Source: Eledone cirrhosa
Lineage: Eukaryota
Assembly: GCA_964016885.1 (NCBI GenBank)
Contig: OZ024745.1
Location: forward strand, 42,594,001 to 42,658,000
DNA: 64,000 nucleotides
Reading direction: 5' to 3'
The notes under the pieces are model-generated. The model saw only the letters and a list, made by a program, of their open reading frames with translations. It did no database searches and was not told the DNA's origin. This document shows, in pieces, positions 15,243 to 27,562 of this stretch (position 1 is the first letter of the stretch; every line of letters begins with the position of its first letter). The position numbers and the translations under genes are program-made.

Positions 15243-15340
15243 AAAATAACAGATGAAAGTTTAAGCAAAAAATCGCTGCTTTCATCCATAACGGGATCTT
15301 CTAAAATCGAGCCCTCTTCGGATTTTAGTCCTCACATTTA
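15243..15340. mobile_element. Family C Penelope-like terminal fragment (partial hammerhead arm joined to an inverted tail)
   Basis: 15243-15305 matches the 46442, 48815 and 50061 copies. 15306-15340 is the reverse complement of 46341-46375. Confidence 0.7.
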
Positions 15341-15350
15341 TTATTATTAC

Positions 15351-15386
<36 letters not shown>

Positions 15387-15661
15387 TTTATCATACACAC
15401 GCATATTTACACACATATTTACACACACATACACACACATGTATTTATATGAATGTATGTATATATATATATTAGAAAATGAGGTTTTTTTACAAAATGA
15501 AAAAAAAACGAGATGTCCTGCACGAGTGAAAGTATAAGGAAAAAAGATGAAATGGAAATTGCGACTGGAGTCTTTTTTTAAATATTTATTTGGTTCCTTT
15601 ACCGGTTTCGCAGTTATTGTGCTTTTCAAAAGTAGAATTGAGATGGAGGGTTTGTGGTTTT

Positions 15662-15697
<36 letters not shown>

Positions 15698-16002
15698 GAT
15701 GCTGACGCTAGTTCATCGTTCCTTTGTCAGTGTTGAACAAAAGGGCGACGATGGTTGCCGAACACTGTACGGCTTAATTCGGGCTGTTTGTTTACAAACA
15801 AACCGAACATTATAATAAATGTTCGGTAAACCCATACGTACATATATATATATGTGTGCATGTATGTATATATATACATACTACTGTACGTCTGTATACA
15901 TATATGTATGTACGTATACATACTTATATTAGTACTAAGAGTGAGAAATGAAATTTCATTTCATTCTTTTCCATTTATATATATGTATATATATATATAT
16001 AT

Positions 16003-16207
16003 ATAACGAAGGAAATGTGGTAAGGAACCAGGTGGACCATAACGCACCAAAGTACTCAATACTTAGGGTAGTAGAGTGGGTAATAGGAACCAGTAAGACT
16101 CCGACGGCTGAGCTCAAGCCGTTTCGACGGCTAATTCTGGACTGAATTAGCCGTCCAGAATTAGCCGTCGAAACGGCTTGAGCTCAGCCGTCGGGGTCTT
16201 ACTGGTT

Positions 16208-16212
<5 letters not shown>
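16003..16212. mobile_element. Family B (TA)n-flanked foldback element with hammerhead 3' half
   Basis: Arms are 16083-16142 and 16153-16212. The sequence contains GAAACGGC-TTGAGCTCA-GCCGTC. A second copy lies at 50174-50365. Confidence 0.8.
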
Positions 16213-16258
<46 letters not shown>

Positions 16259-16261
<3 letters not shown>

Positions 16262-16611
16262 GGTGGCCCTTAGTTTTCATCTTTCTAAAAGTTTAGCTCC
16301 CCCCTCCTATTTCAATTAACAAAGAATACAATCTCTGCAAAACTGTAGCTCAAGCAAACAACTGCAAGGCGACCCTCGTCAAGTTTTCGCCCGGAAAGTC
16401 ATTTTTTCAGATAAAAATATTTTGACTCTCATATAATTTTCTTTTAAATTAAAAACTTGTTCAGACATGTTGGTATTAGAAGGATAAGTGACAATAAATA
16501 TAATGGAAAGGGCAACTTGCAAAGCTGGGACAGAGCGCATATGGCAACCACATGGGTGAGAGCAGCAAAATTTTAACATTGGGAAAATTACCTATTCTAA
16601 GGGCCACCCTA
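16259..16611. mobile_element. hATm-like MITE
   Basis: Perfect 15-bp terminal inverted repeats TAGGGTGGCCCTTAG (16259) and CTAAGGGCCACCCTA (16597-16611). Confidence 0.8.
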
Positions 16612-16759
16612 TTATACATATATCCGTATGTGGTTGACAGCTGAGAGAAATGAGTACTCGGTATTGAGTAATATATATATATATACATCTATACATATAT
16701 ATATCCTTGCTTTCATATTTCTCCTTGCACCCTTTCTCTCATTGTATATAAGGAAAAGG

Positions 16760-17560
16760 GGAGGGCAAGAAGAACAGAGGAGTAAAGAGAAAATGAGAGC
16801 AACGAGAGCAATGAGACATGAGAGCAAGGAGAGCAAGGAGAAAAGGAGAGCAAGGAGAGCAAGGAGATCGATGAGAAAAGGAGAGCAAGTAGAACAATGA
16901 GAAAAGGAGAGCAAGGAGAAAAGGAGAGCAATGAGAGTAAGGAGAAAAGGAGAGCAAGTAGATCAATGAGAAAAGGAGAACAAGGAGAGCAATGAGAAAA
17001 GGAGAGCAAGGAGAGCAAGGAGAGCGATGAGAAAAGGAGAGCAAGTAGAACAATGAGAAAAGGAGAGCAATGAGAGTAAGGAGAAAAGGAGAGCAAGTAG
17101 ATCAATGAGAAAAGGAGAACAGGGAGAGCAATGAGAAAAGGAGATCAGGGAGAAAGGGAGAGCAAGAAGAATAAAGAGAAAAGGAGGGCAAGTAGAACAA
17201 TGAGAAAAGGAGAGCAAGGAGAGCAATGAAAAAAGGAGAGCAAGGATAAAAAGAGAGCACGGAAAGGAAGGAGACAGGGAGAGCAATGAGAAAAGGAGAG
17301 CAGGGAGAGCAGGGAGAAAAGGAGAGCAAGGATAAAGAGAGAGCAATGAGAAAAGGAGAGCAATGATAAAGGGAGAGCAAGGAGAGCAATGAGAAATGGA
17401 GAGCAAGGAGAGCAAGGAGAGCAATGATAAAGGGAGAGCAAGGAGAGCAATGAGAAAAGGAGAGCAAGGAGAGCAAGGATAAAAGGATAAAAGGAGAGCA
17501 AGGAGGGGGAGGAGAAAAGAGAGCAAGGAGAGCAAGGATAAAAGGAGAGCAAGGAGAGGT
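16760..17560. repeat. Purine-rich minisatellite built of GGAGAGCAA / TGAGAAAA units
   Basis: Direct inspection. Confidence 0.9.
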
Positions 17561-17574
17561 TAAGGCGAATTTTG

Positions 17575-17925
17575 CTGGAGGCAAACAAAGGTGAAGAAGA
17601 GGAAGAAGAAAAAAATCAACTGAAGAAGTATATTCCGCACCAAAATGACTTTTCTTTAGAAACATCGAGTTGTCTTTTTTAACTCCTGGTTCAAAAACTT
17701 TCTTCACGAGATTTTCTATCAGCACTGATTTCCTCGACAAAGACCCTTCAACATGGAAGGATGATCCTGGTTACAAATGTGGACTTGAAAAACTTGAGAA
17801 GACAGTTGTTGTGAAAGATGTTGCAGCAAGAGGTGTCAAAATCATTCAGGATTATAACATTCTCACAAAAGATGAAACTGAGAAATAATTTGATTTACTT
17901 ATCATTACCGAAAACCGCCATTAAA
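17575..17925 (+). pseudogene. hAT (hATm-like) transposase C-terminal fragment
   Basis: FFTRFSISTDFLDKDPSTWKDDPGY...VVVKDVAARGVKIIQDYNILTKDETEK resembles the hATm dimerisation-region motif VVNDxAERGVKLIQDYN. The fragment is interrupted by a stop. Confidence 0.75.
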
Positions 17926-17942
17926 TCCTCTCTTATACAAAA

Positions 17943-18530
17943 ATAATTGTTTCTAATTTTGGCACAAGGATAGCAATTACCCCAGTGTATTACTGGTATT
18001 TTATTTTATCGACCCCGTAAGGATGAAAGGCAAAGTTAAGCTCTGCGGGATTTGAACTCAGAATGGCAAGGGCCGGAACTCTTTGCTGCAGAGCATGCCG
18101 TCCGACCCTCTACCGATACTGCCAATACAAAAATAATTGTTTCTACTTTTGGCACAAGGCCAGCAATTACCCAGTGTATTACCGGTACTTTATTTTATCA
18201 ACCCCGTAAGGATGAAAGGCAAAGTTAACCTCGGCAGGATTTGAACTCAGAATGGCAAGGGCCGTAACTCTATGCGTCAAAGCATGGCGTCCGACCTTCT
18301 GCCGATACTGCCAATCCACCGACCTTCAAAAATAATACAAAAATAATTGTTTCTACTTTAGGCACAAGGCCAGCAATTACCCAGTGCATTACTGGTACTT
18401 TATTTTATTGACCCCGCAAGGATGAAAGGCAAAGTCAACCTCGGCGGGATTTGAACTCAGATCGTAAAGGGACTTAACTATGCTGGAAAGCATGGTGTCC
18501 GACCCCCTACCGATACTGCCAATCCACCGA
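17943..18530 (-). mobile_element. Three head-to-tail SINE copies
   Basis: Units begin ATAATTGTTTCTA at about 17943, 18132 and 18343, each about 190-210 bp. Confidence 0.9.
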
Positions 18531-18854
18531 ATAATGTTCAATATTCAGTGTTCATTGTTCACATTATGTTTTTGATTCTATAGAAATTATTGTTGTAAAT
18601 AAAAATGCGTCTCTCTTATAGAAGTTGTGTGATTTATTAAGAAAACCTAATATTTCGTAAGTTTTTCATGTTATTTCAGGAATTTTTCAAATTAGCTATT
18701 GGTAAATTTAATTCAGAACATTTTTAAACATTTGCTGGGGTTGCCTGGATGTGTCCACATAATGTTTTCTAAGAAGAAAAAAGAAAATGGTCGAGATAAG
18801 GAACAGCATACCGCTTTTGAACAGAATTAATCGTTGCGTACACTATGTTCCAAA

Positions 18855-19084
<230 letters not shown>

Positions 19085-19511
19085 AGTTGGAAATAGCACG
19101 GGAGATATATTTAAGTGCTGTTTTTCCTTTTTGATTCGTCAAAGTGACATAATTGAAAAGATATTGTTATTAAAAAAAGAGGGACAATTCTTTTTTTTTA
19201 TTTTATGAAGTATATAAAGTATATGAGAAAATTACCGGTTTCCATGTATTAAGATCCATCTTGTCAAATTCAGTGAAAAAAGGTAATTGAAAAGAAAGGT
19301 TTAAAATTAAAATCAAAATCAAATGTTTGAGTAAAATTTCTTCCATCATGCTTCCTGAAAAGTTGGCTGGGAATGAGAACAAGTTGTTTTGTTGATGTGA
19401 AAAATATGCTGTGACTGTATTGTTTAATCTAGTGACAATAGTTCAAAAGGGGATAGAGGGTTGTAAGAGCTGAATACTGTGGTAAGTTGGTATGTGTACA
19501 TATATATTTAC

Positions 19512-19561
<50 letters not shown>

Positions 19562-19590
19562 CTACGTACACACGTACACACACAGCAGAT

Positions 19591-19640
<50 letters not shown>

Positions 19641-19647
<7 letters not shown>

Positions 19648-19950
19648 AATATATTACAAAGAGAAGTGTGTTACACAGTGAGATGTGTGTAAAGAATTAT
19701 TACAGTATCAGCAAACTTATAGTTATAAGGTTGGTAATTTAAAACTCTAATTCAGAGATTTGATTCTGACTTAGTTTTTTTCTATTTAATTGCTAAACCT
19801 GTGGATATTGTTTTCTATACAGTAACGGTAAAACTCACTTGTAATAATTATTTACACACATCTCACTGTGTAACACACTTCTCTTTGTGTAATATATTTG
19901 TATCTGAGCTCAGAAGAAAATTCTCTATTCTTCTTTGAGCTAATATTATT
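19641..19950. repeat. Inverted repeat (about 62-bp arms, about 140-bp spacer) abutting (TA)n
   Basis: 19641-19702 is near-complementary to 19841-19903. Confidence 0.85.
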
Positions 19951-19994
19951 ATTATTACTGTGAACTGCGGAATACTCTTAATTCCGATAATCGT

Positions 19995-20090
<96 letters not shown>

Positions 20091-20441
20091 TAAATTTCTT
20101 TAAGTCGTTTGGAAGCCTCGACAATGCAGATGGGTAAATCTCCAGGTAACAAGATCCGGTGGTGGAGAGAGAGATGTATATATATATATATTGTGTACGG
20201 CTCGGAAAAGCTTTTCTTAGAGCTATTTAATTGTAAGAGACTACTCTGAGTTCATAACTCAATATATATTTGTCGGCTCCATCATGTAGAACTAATTTTT
20301 AATGTCCTGTCAGCCAGGCTGCTATTTTTAGCGGCAGGGAATTTCGAGACAAGCTGGGTTCCAAATGACACGTGCGATAATTCATATCGCACACAATTCA
20401 TTCTCTAATATTTTTAGAAGTGAAAGGATCACTAATTTCTC

Positions 20442-20523
20442 AACAACTACTGAGGAGCAGAGAAACGTGAGAACTTCACTTAATAAGTCGTTGCGAAACA
20501 GTCTCCAGTACTGTCTAGTTGTT
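20442..20523 (+). ncRNA. Type I hammerhead ribozyme, canonical core
   Basis: The fold is AACAACUA-CUGAGGA-GCA(...)UGC-GAA-ACAGU(CUCCAGU)ACUGU-C-UAGUUGUU. It has an 8-bp stem I, a G-C base to stem II, a 5-bp stem III and a GUC cleavage triplet. Confidence 0.85.
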
Positions 20524-20759
20524 ACCAGGCGTTTTGCCCAATATAGGTCTATTATTTTTCTTAATTTTTCTTAATTTAATATTTAAAGTTAAGGATAACA
20601 AACCATATTGCTGTAGTTAGTATTTTTTCACCCTAGCAAATTTGGTCCTTACGATTCGAACACGTGTATGTTTATATTAGTGTTCATCTCTCTTGTTTAT
20701 TCAATTATATATATATATATATATATTTATTTATTTATACATATACATATATTCGTATT

Positions 20760-20799
<40 letters not shown>

Positions 20800-20866
20800 T
20801 ATCGGGGGCATTACTGTGTGGTTAAAGATTTCTATCTCACAGCGTGGCACCTTGGACCAACGTCCT

Positions 20867-21105
20867 ATTAACAAAATAGATATTCTTGTGATCAAGTATA
20901 TTTTATTATACATATTTCAGAGGTACTGAGTTAAGTTCAACAGTACGTCCTCATCAGATAAAATAAGATGATGCATGACATACCCTGACATAGTAGATGG
21001 TTAAGATTCAGTCTCTGATGAGGACGTACTGTTGAACTTAACTCAGTACCTCTGAAATATGTATAATAAAATATACTTGATTACAAGAATATCTATTTTG
21101 TTAAT
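20867..21105. mobile_element. Foldback element (92-bp arms) carrying a hammerhead motif
   Basis: 20867-20958 and 21014-21105 are near-perfect inverted repeats. Confidence 0.85.
20899..20965 (-). ncRNA. Type I hammerhead ribozyme, minimal stem III
   Basis: The fold is UAUUUUAU-CUGAUGA-(GUACUG...CAGUAC stem II)-GAA-AUAUGUAU-A-AUAAAAUA. Confidence 0.7.
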
Positions 21106-21259
21106 CGGAAAAAATGAAACGAAATTTACTTATATTTTGTTAATATTTTGAATTAATATTAATAACTCTGGAAAACCTAACTGTTGAGTGCTTCCAATCT
21201 ATTGTAAAACACATTCTTTGATGTATTCATTGAACCTTGTTTAACTTTTAAATACATAC

Positions 21260-21427
<168 letters not shown>

Positions 21428-21544
21428 ACCATTACAAATTTGTAAAGAATAACTTGAGAATAAATAAATATAATACGCATTTACGTGTATATGTGGTATG
21501 GTAAATATATACATACAACCTCAGGTCCGAACATAATGGAACGA

Positions 21545-21830
21545 AACTTCCACTGTCACTGCCTCCGTCTCTCCCACTCTACCCATCTCTCACTATTATA
21601 AGTAAATGTGGGCCCACGCGCTGGCCACCCCGCGGCCCCTGCGGACAGAATAGAGAAGGCGTTTCTCCGGATGGTGGTGAGGGAGACCCGCTGGAAGAGC
21701 CATTCCAGCTGATGAGGCTCACGCCTGCGGGTAGCCAACTCTGTGCCGATGGTTGTAAGTAGGAAGGTGGTCCTAGGGCCAAGAACACCAGAAGTCTCCA
21801 TACAAGTTTATATGTACTTTTCTCCTTCAA
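21545..21830 (-). mobile_element. 3' end of a CRE-like (RLE) non-LTR retrotransposon
   Basis: METSGVLGPRTTFLLTTIGTELATRRREPHQLEWLFQRVSLTTIRRNAFSIL matches the CRE-type C-terminal pattern ET.G..G...L.QR.S....RGNA.SIL. Confidence 0.7.
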
Positions 21831-21855
21831 CTAATTAATTATTTACGCACACACA

Positions 21856-21927
<72 letters not shown>

Positions 21928-22520
21928 CATATAGCTATAACATTACAATATATGTATATATATGTTTTGTGTGTGTGCGTGCGTGTGTACATATCTGAAT
22001 TTATGTTTCCATTCTGGAATACTGGAATCTCATTTCCACTTACACCCCAACCCCCTCTACCACAACATCCCGTCCAACACCATCGTCAACGTATCACAGC
22101 TCAACTCTCCGACCTCCCAACCCACCCAGTTTTTTATCCCTTTTCATCTGCCTAACATGCCAAACTGATCTCTCCTTCTTTACTCTGTATTCATTCCTTC
22201 ATTAGATGCCTATATTTATATTTCTAATCCTTTCAATCCACATCGTTCGAACCCTTGTCATATATTCACTTCCTCTTTCAGTCATTGTTTCTTTCTTTCG
22301 TTTGTTTGTTTTTCTTTTTTTTTCTTTTGTTTTTTTTAAAACTTATCCACCTCCTCTCATCACTTCTTTTTCATCCTTTCCCATTTTTCTTTCACTTTTT
22401 CTTTTACTTCTTATTGTTCTTTGTGTCTATTTATCTGTGTCTCTTCATGTATGTACATGCCGACCATTGCATTTATCTCTTTAACGTCCAGTACCATACA
22501 ATCAAACCTTACAGTTTGTT

Positions 22521-22686
22521 AACGAGTCTGTTAATTCAAGTGTTTATAGTATCTTGATCTTAAACATGGACTGAATGTTGTAAAAATTTGCAGTAATCAA
22601 GATTTTTAGTTTACTGCAAACTTTTACAACACTCAGTCCATGTTTAAGGTAAAGATACTATAAACACTTGAATTAACAAACTCGTT
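22521..22686. repeat. Imperfect long hairpin (76-bp arms, 14-nt loop)
   Basis: 22521-22596 pairs with 22611-22686. Confidence 0.85.
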
Positions 22687-24144
22687 TTTGAGACTTTTTT
22701 GCTAAATTATTACAGGATGTTAAGAGTTAAACATTTATTTAATTATAGGTCTCACTCATTGCGCTGTGGTCACGGGGGGCACACCACTTTGAAACGATTA
22801 ATCGATCATATCGACCTCAGTACTTATTTTTATGTCTGATACTCTAATCATCAGTCGCTAGTTGTCGAATAAGAAGGACATAAGAAAACATCACCAGTTG
22901 TTAAGCAGTTTAGACGTAAATATAAGCACGGACACATCCACACCTATACACACTCACACACACGCATATGATAGGCGTCTCGGCATCAGCTCAATTGTTC
23001 CTGCATGTCTACACTCTCCTATGTGCACACGTCCAAATATATGTGTATCTACTCTCTTTCTCTTAATTTTGAGTATATTTTTGACAAGCCACCTTTCTGG
23101 TGGCAAGGTTGTAAAGGAATAGAAATTGTAGTTGTTTCTTGTGTAAGCGTTCATCCTTTAAATTGTTAGAATGTTTTACAGATTTTGAAGATATCACTGC
23201 CATTTGTAGCTTATGAATTAAGGAGTTCCGTTCTTTCTCCCAGAAATCTAAATTCAGTCATACATTTGTCTAGTTGTTATATGACCTGTAGTTTCAATAA
23301 TTGTTTCTACGTTAGGCACAAGGCCAGCAATTACCCAGTGTTTTACTGGTACTTTATTTTATCGACCCCGTAAGGATGAAAGGCAAAGTTAACCTCGGAA
23401 ACCTGTAGTTTCAATAATAACGGCGATAAAGCTGTGGATCTTAGATAGTGGATCTGCAAGCACATCAATGGTTCGTAGATATTCTCCTTCTGCCTTTTTC
23501 TTACCACATTAACATCAAGTGGACAGCTGTTTTCTACAGCAGATCATGTTTTTAATGTGTGGTGCAATATAAAGGCGGTTGTGTTTTAATTTAGTTGGGG
23601 GTTCTTATTTTTAGGTTTCACCTGCATTCCTTTGCGCCATCAATCGCAACATATTCCTCTTAATTCTATTTTTATATAAATGTGTGTATCTTTAAGTTTA
23701 CAATGAACTAAAATACATTATATATATATATATGTTTGACTCACAGTAATGCACTGGGGTAATTGCTGGCCTTGTGCCAAAAGTAGAAACAATCATATCG
23801 GTAGGTACTAAGATATGTATATAGGACATTATATTTGTTGGTGTACGATGGCTAACACTGGTTAATGAAGTTTACTAAACTGAATAGGTGTGATTTGAGA
23901 CATTTAAATTCGCAAAGTTTAGTGAATTAATTTATTGAGCAATCGAGGGAACCTCTACATGGTCATTGAATTTGCTAGAAATAGCAGCCAAATACCCCCC
24001 CCCCCCTGTGTGTGTTCGTGTCGGGTTCAATCGGATGTAACCACACTAAGGTACTCAATACATTAGTAGAGTATATACAGGATAATCGAACCCTAATCTT
24101 CATTTTGTTGTTCGATGACAGAAATATTTCGTTAAACGAAAATT

Positions 24145-24262
24145 TGTGAGTTCAAATCCCGTCGAGGTTAACTTTGCCTTTCATCCTTACGGGGTCGATA
24201 AAATAAAGTACCAGTAATGCACTGGGGTAATTGCTGGCCTTGTGCCAAAAGTAGAAACAATT
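24145..24262 (+). mobile_element. tRNA-derived SINE (5'-truncated)
   Basis: Consensus match. Confidence 0.85.
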
Positions 24263-24389
24263 ATATATATATATATATATATATGTGCGTGGGAGGTGTC
24301 AATGTCTGCGTACATGTGTTTGTCTACAAAGTAAGTGCAAAGTCAATACAGATGATACAACGCTTAAATATGAAGTATATATTATAAAC

Positions 24390-24790
24390 ACATATGAGAC
24401 TTGGACACTGACCAAGAAACTCACTCAGATGGTGGATGGGTGCTACACGAGAAAGCTGAGGATGGCTCTGAACATTAATCAGTATACACTGAGGATGAAA
24501 AACTCAGAGCTGTATGGGAGCCTCCGAAAAGTCAGCTCAAAAGTGACACAGAGGAGACTGAGGTTAGCTGGACATGCTCACTGACATCCAGAGTTGACAT
24601 TGCACTCAGTGCTCCTGTGGGAGCCCCTACATGAACACACTGGAAGAGGAAGATCAAGGTTAACGTATGTTGATGCCCTAAGGACAGACACTGGTCTGTT
24701 GGAGACGCAGGACATGGCAGCGATAATGAGGGACAGAGACCGTTGGAGAGAACTCGTCCATGGATCTCGAGAATTTTACCCGCCCTAGAT
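24390..24790 (+). mobile_element. 3' fragment of an RTE-clade LINE
   Basis: Translation reads YETWTLTKKLTQMVDGCYTRKLRMALNI...RRLRLAGH*...LLWEP..GRGRSRLTYVD...MRDRDRWR, with one in-frame stop. Confidence 0.85.
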
Positions 24791-25035
24791 ATATAGATAG
24801 ATATGTGTGATTATGTATATAACCACACGCACACAGAAGTACATGTATATAACCTGAGCGTTTGTATTTATATACATTATATGAATATACATTATATGTA
24901 TATTTATATATGTATATTTATATAAATTATATGTATATACATAGAGTATGTATGTATTTAATGTGCAATATTTATGAAGATGACGAAATATATATGTGTG
25001 TGTGTGCATGTATGTATATATATACATACATACGT

Positions 25036-25180
25036 AGGTCCCGGGTTGAGTCGGGGATAACCACAGTAAGTAAGGTACTCAATACATGGCAGAGTAAACA
25101 TTTTTTATTTTATAGAAGGAGCTTCTACAGGACTAGTACTGTTTCATTCAGATGAAATCTTCAGGAAGCTGGGTGTCATA
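25036..25180 (-). mobile_element. Family A Penelope-like terminal repeat with a complete hammerhead
   Basis: Similar to the 18855, 24018 and 26281 copies, and adjacent to TA-rich repeat. Confidence 0.75.
25120..25170 (-). ncRNA. Type I hammerhead ribozyme
   Basis: The fold is AGCUUC-CUGAAGA-U(UUCA-UC-UGAA)U-GAA-ACAG(UACUAGUC)CUGU-A-GAAGCU. It has a GUA triplet and the palindrome ACUAGU in loop III. Confidence 0.8.
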
Positions 25181-25353
25181 TTAAGTTCTGGTATTTATAC
25201 ATTTAGGTAGTGGTAAGGGAGGGGTGGTGGCTGGGGGGGGGGGGGGGGGGGTAGGATGGTATTTAGATACACAGGACCACAACATGGCACAGGCCGTTTT
25301 TTCTTTGGGGAGTGGCCAATTAGCCAGAGTGCTTTTTTGAAATAAATAAATAC

Positions 25354-25388
<35 letters not shown>

Positions 25389-25619
25389 AATGTACGTAAT
25401 ATATATATGTATACATATATATATACCATGTATATACATATATATGTGTATATGTATGTATATATATGTATATATATGTGTATATGTATGTATATATATA
25501 CGTACATATATAAGTATATATATATATATATGTATACATATATATATTTATTATATATATATATATATATATATACCTTATATATATATTTATATAAATA
25601 TATATATATATATATATAA

Positions 25620-25740
25620 TTTGCTGGTGGCCCTGTGAACCTGTGAATACGCAGGCGAAATTCTGACTTGGCCTTAAAAAGAATATGTTAATCTCTACTA
25701 TGGTATTGAGTACTCATTCGCGCGACCACCAATATCGTGT
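25620..25740 (+). mobile_element. (TA)n-flanked short element with a degenerate hammerhead and the GTATTGAGTAC tail motif
   Basis: The fold is GGCC-CUGUGA-A(CCUGUG-AAUA-CGCAGG)C-GAAA...UU-GGCC. The core lacks one A. Confidence 0.5.
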
Positions 25741-25760
25741 ATATATATATATATATATAT

Positions 25761-26183
25761 ATATTAATAAAAGGAATTCCAACTTTCTCTGATTTACTCA
25801 TTTTATTTACAATCCTTTAAAATTTATAATGGTATTAGAATGAAATAGTATGGTAGAATATTAAATGTTAAATGTTAATTGAACAAGTACTTTCATTCTT
25901 TTGCAATCTTCAGGTCATATTCTGTGGTGACAGTCAAGTTTGCAATTTTCCAACTTGAAAATTGCAAACTTGAAAATTGCAAACTTGACTGTCACCACAG
26001 AATATGACCTGAAGATTGCGAAAGAATGAAAGTACTTGTTCAATTAACATTTAACATTTAATATTCTACCATACTATTTCATTCTAATACCATTATAAAT
26101 TTTAAAGGATTGTAAATAAAACGAGTAAATCAGACAAAATTGGAATTCCTTTTATTAATATAATCTTCACACACACCCGTGTA
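25761..26183. mobile_element. (TA)n-flanked foldback element (about 190-bp arms) with a minimal hammerhead-like motif at 26004-26043
   Basis: 25761-25950 pairs with 25973-26161. The motif is CUGAAGA-UUGCGAAAGAAU-GAA-AGUACU-U. A 22-nt unpaired tail lies on the right. Confidence 0.85.
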
Positions 26184-26280
26184 TATTTATATATATATAT
26201 ATTATATATATATTATGAAATACTGTGTGCTTCTTTCTCATAATAATTTCTATACTTTTCATTTATATATATATATATAA

Positions 26281-26471
26281 GTTTACCCCGGGTTCAATCG
26301 GGGTTAACCACAGTAAGTAAGGTACTCAATACATAGCAGAGTATAAATATTTAATATAGAAATGGCTTCTACTGGACTAGAACTGTTTCGTTCGGGATAA
26401 AACATCAGGAAGCCATGATGATTTCTACCGAATGAAACAGTTCTAGTCCTGTAGAAGCCATTTCTATATTA
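26281..26471. mobile_element. Family A foldback element, (TA)n on both sides, with a degenerate hammerhead in each arm
   Basis: Arms are about 26352-26410 and 26413-26471. Confidence 0.8.
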
Positions 26472-26577
26472 GATATATATATATATATATATAGTTAAAG
26501 AAAGAAGAGTAACATGGTTGGCTGTACAATAAGGGCTTTATTTAAAGTACGATAACTTGTTATCCCATATATATATA

Positions 26578-26721
<144 letters not shown>

Positions 26722-26925
26722 GGGGGGGGGGGCACATTCCATTTTATACCTCCTCTTACGTTTAATACTCTTAAAGTTTGATACATCAGTAACTTTCCTA
26801 ATTTCTAACTAATTAAACTTGTCTTTATCATATAATTTTCCGGTTTACTTTTCACAGAACCTTTAATCTCACGCAAGCATGCACACACACATATATAGAA
26901 ACACATGAATTCATGCAAAAATGAG

Positions 26926-26957
<32 letters not shown>

Positions 26958-27086
26958 TGTATGTATGTATGTATGTATGTATGTATGTATGTATATGTGT
27001 GTGTGATTGGGTATATATATATATGTATGTGTGTGTGTGCATTCACACACACACATATATTTATATACATATATTTACACACATAC

Positions 27087-27232
<146 letters not shown>

Positions 27233-27317
27233 TAAGAGAGAGAGAGAAATACATATATACATATCCACACATGAATAAACACAAACACGTTTACACAGAA
27301 TATAAGAAATATTCATC

Positions 27318-27562
27318 GTGACAACGGTGGCGATGATGATGATGGTGGTGGTGGTGGTGGTGGTGATGATGATGATGATGATGGTGGTGATTATAATGAT
27401 GATGATGATGATGATGATGATGATGGTGATGATGGTGATGATGATGATGAAAATGACGCTAATGATGATGATGATGATGGTGGTGGTGATTATAATGATG
27501 ATGGTGGTGGTGGTGATGATGGTGATGATGATAATGATGATGGTGATGATGGTGGTGATGAA
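27318..27562. repeat. (GAT/GGT)n microsatellite
   Basis: Direct inspection. Confidence 0.95.
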
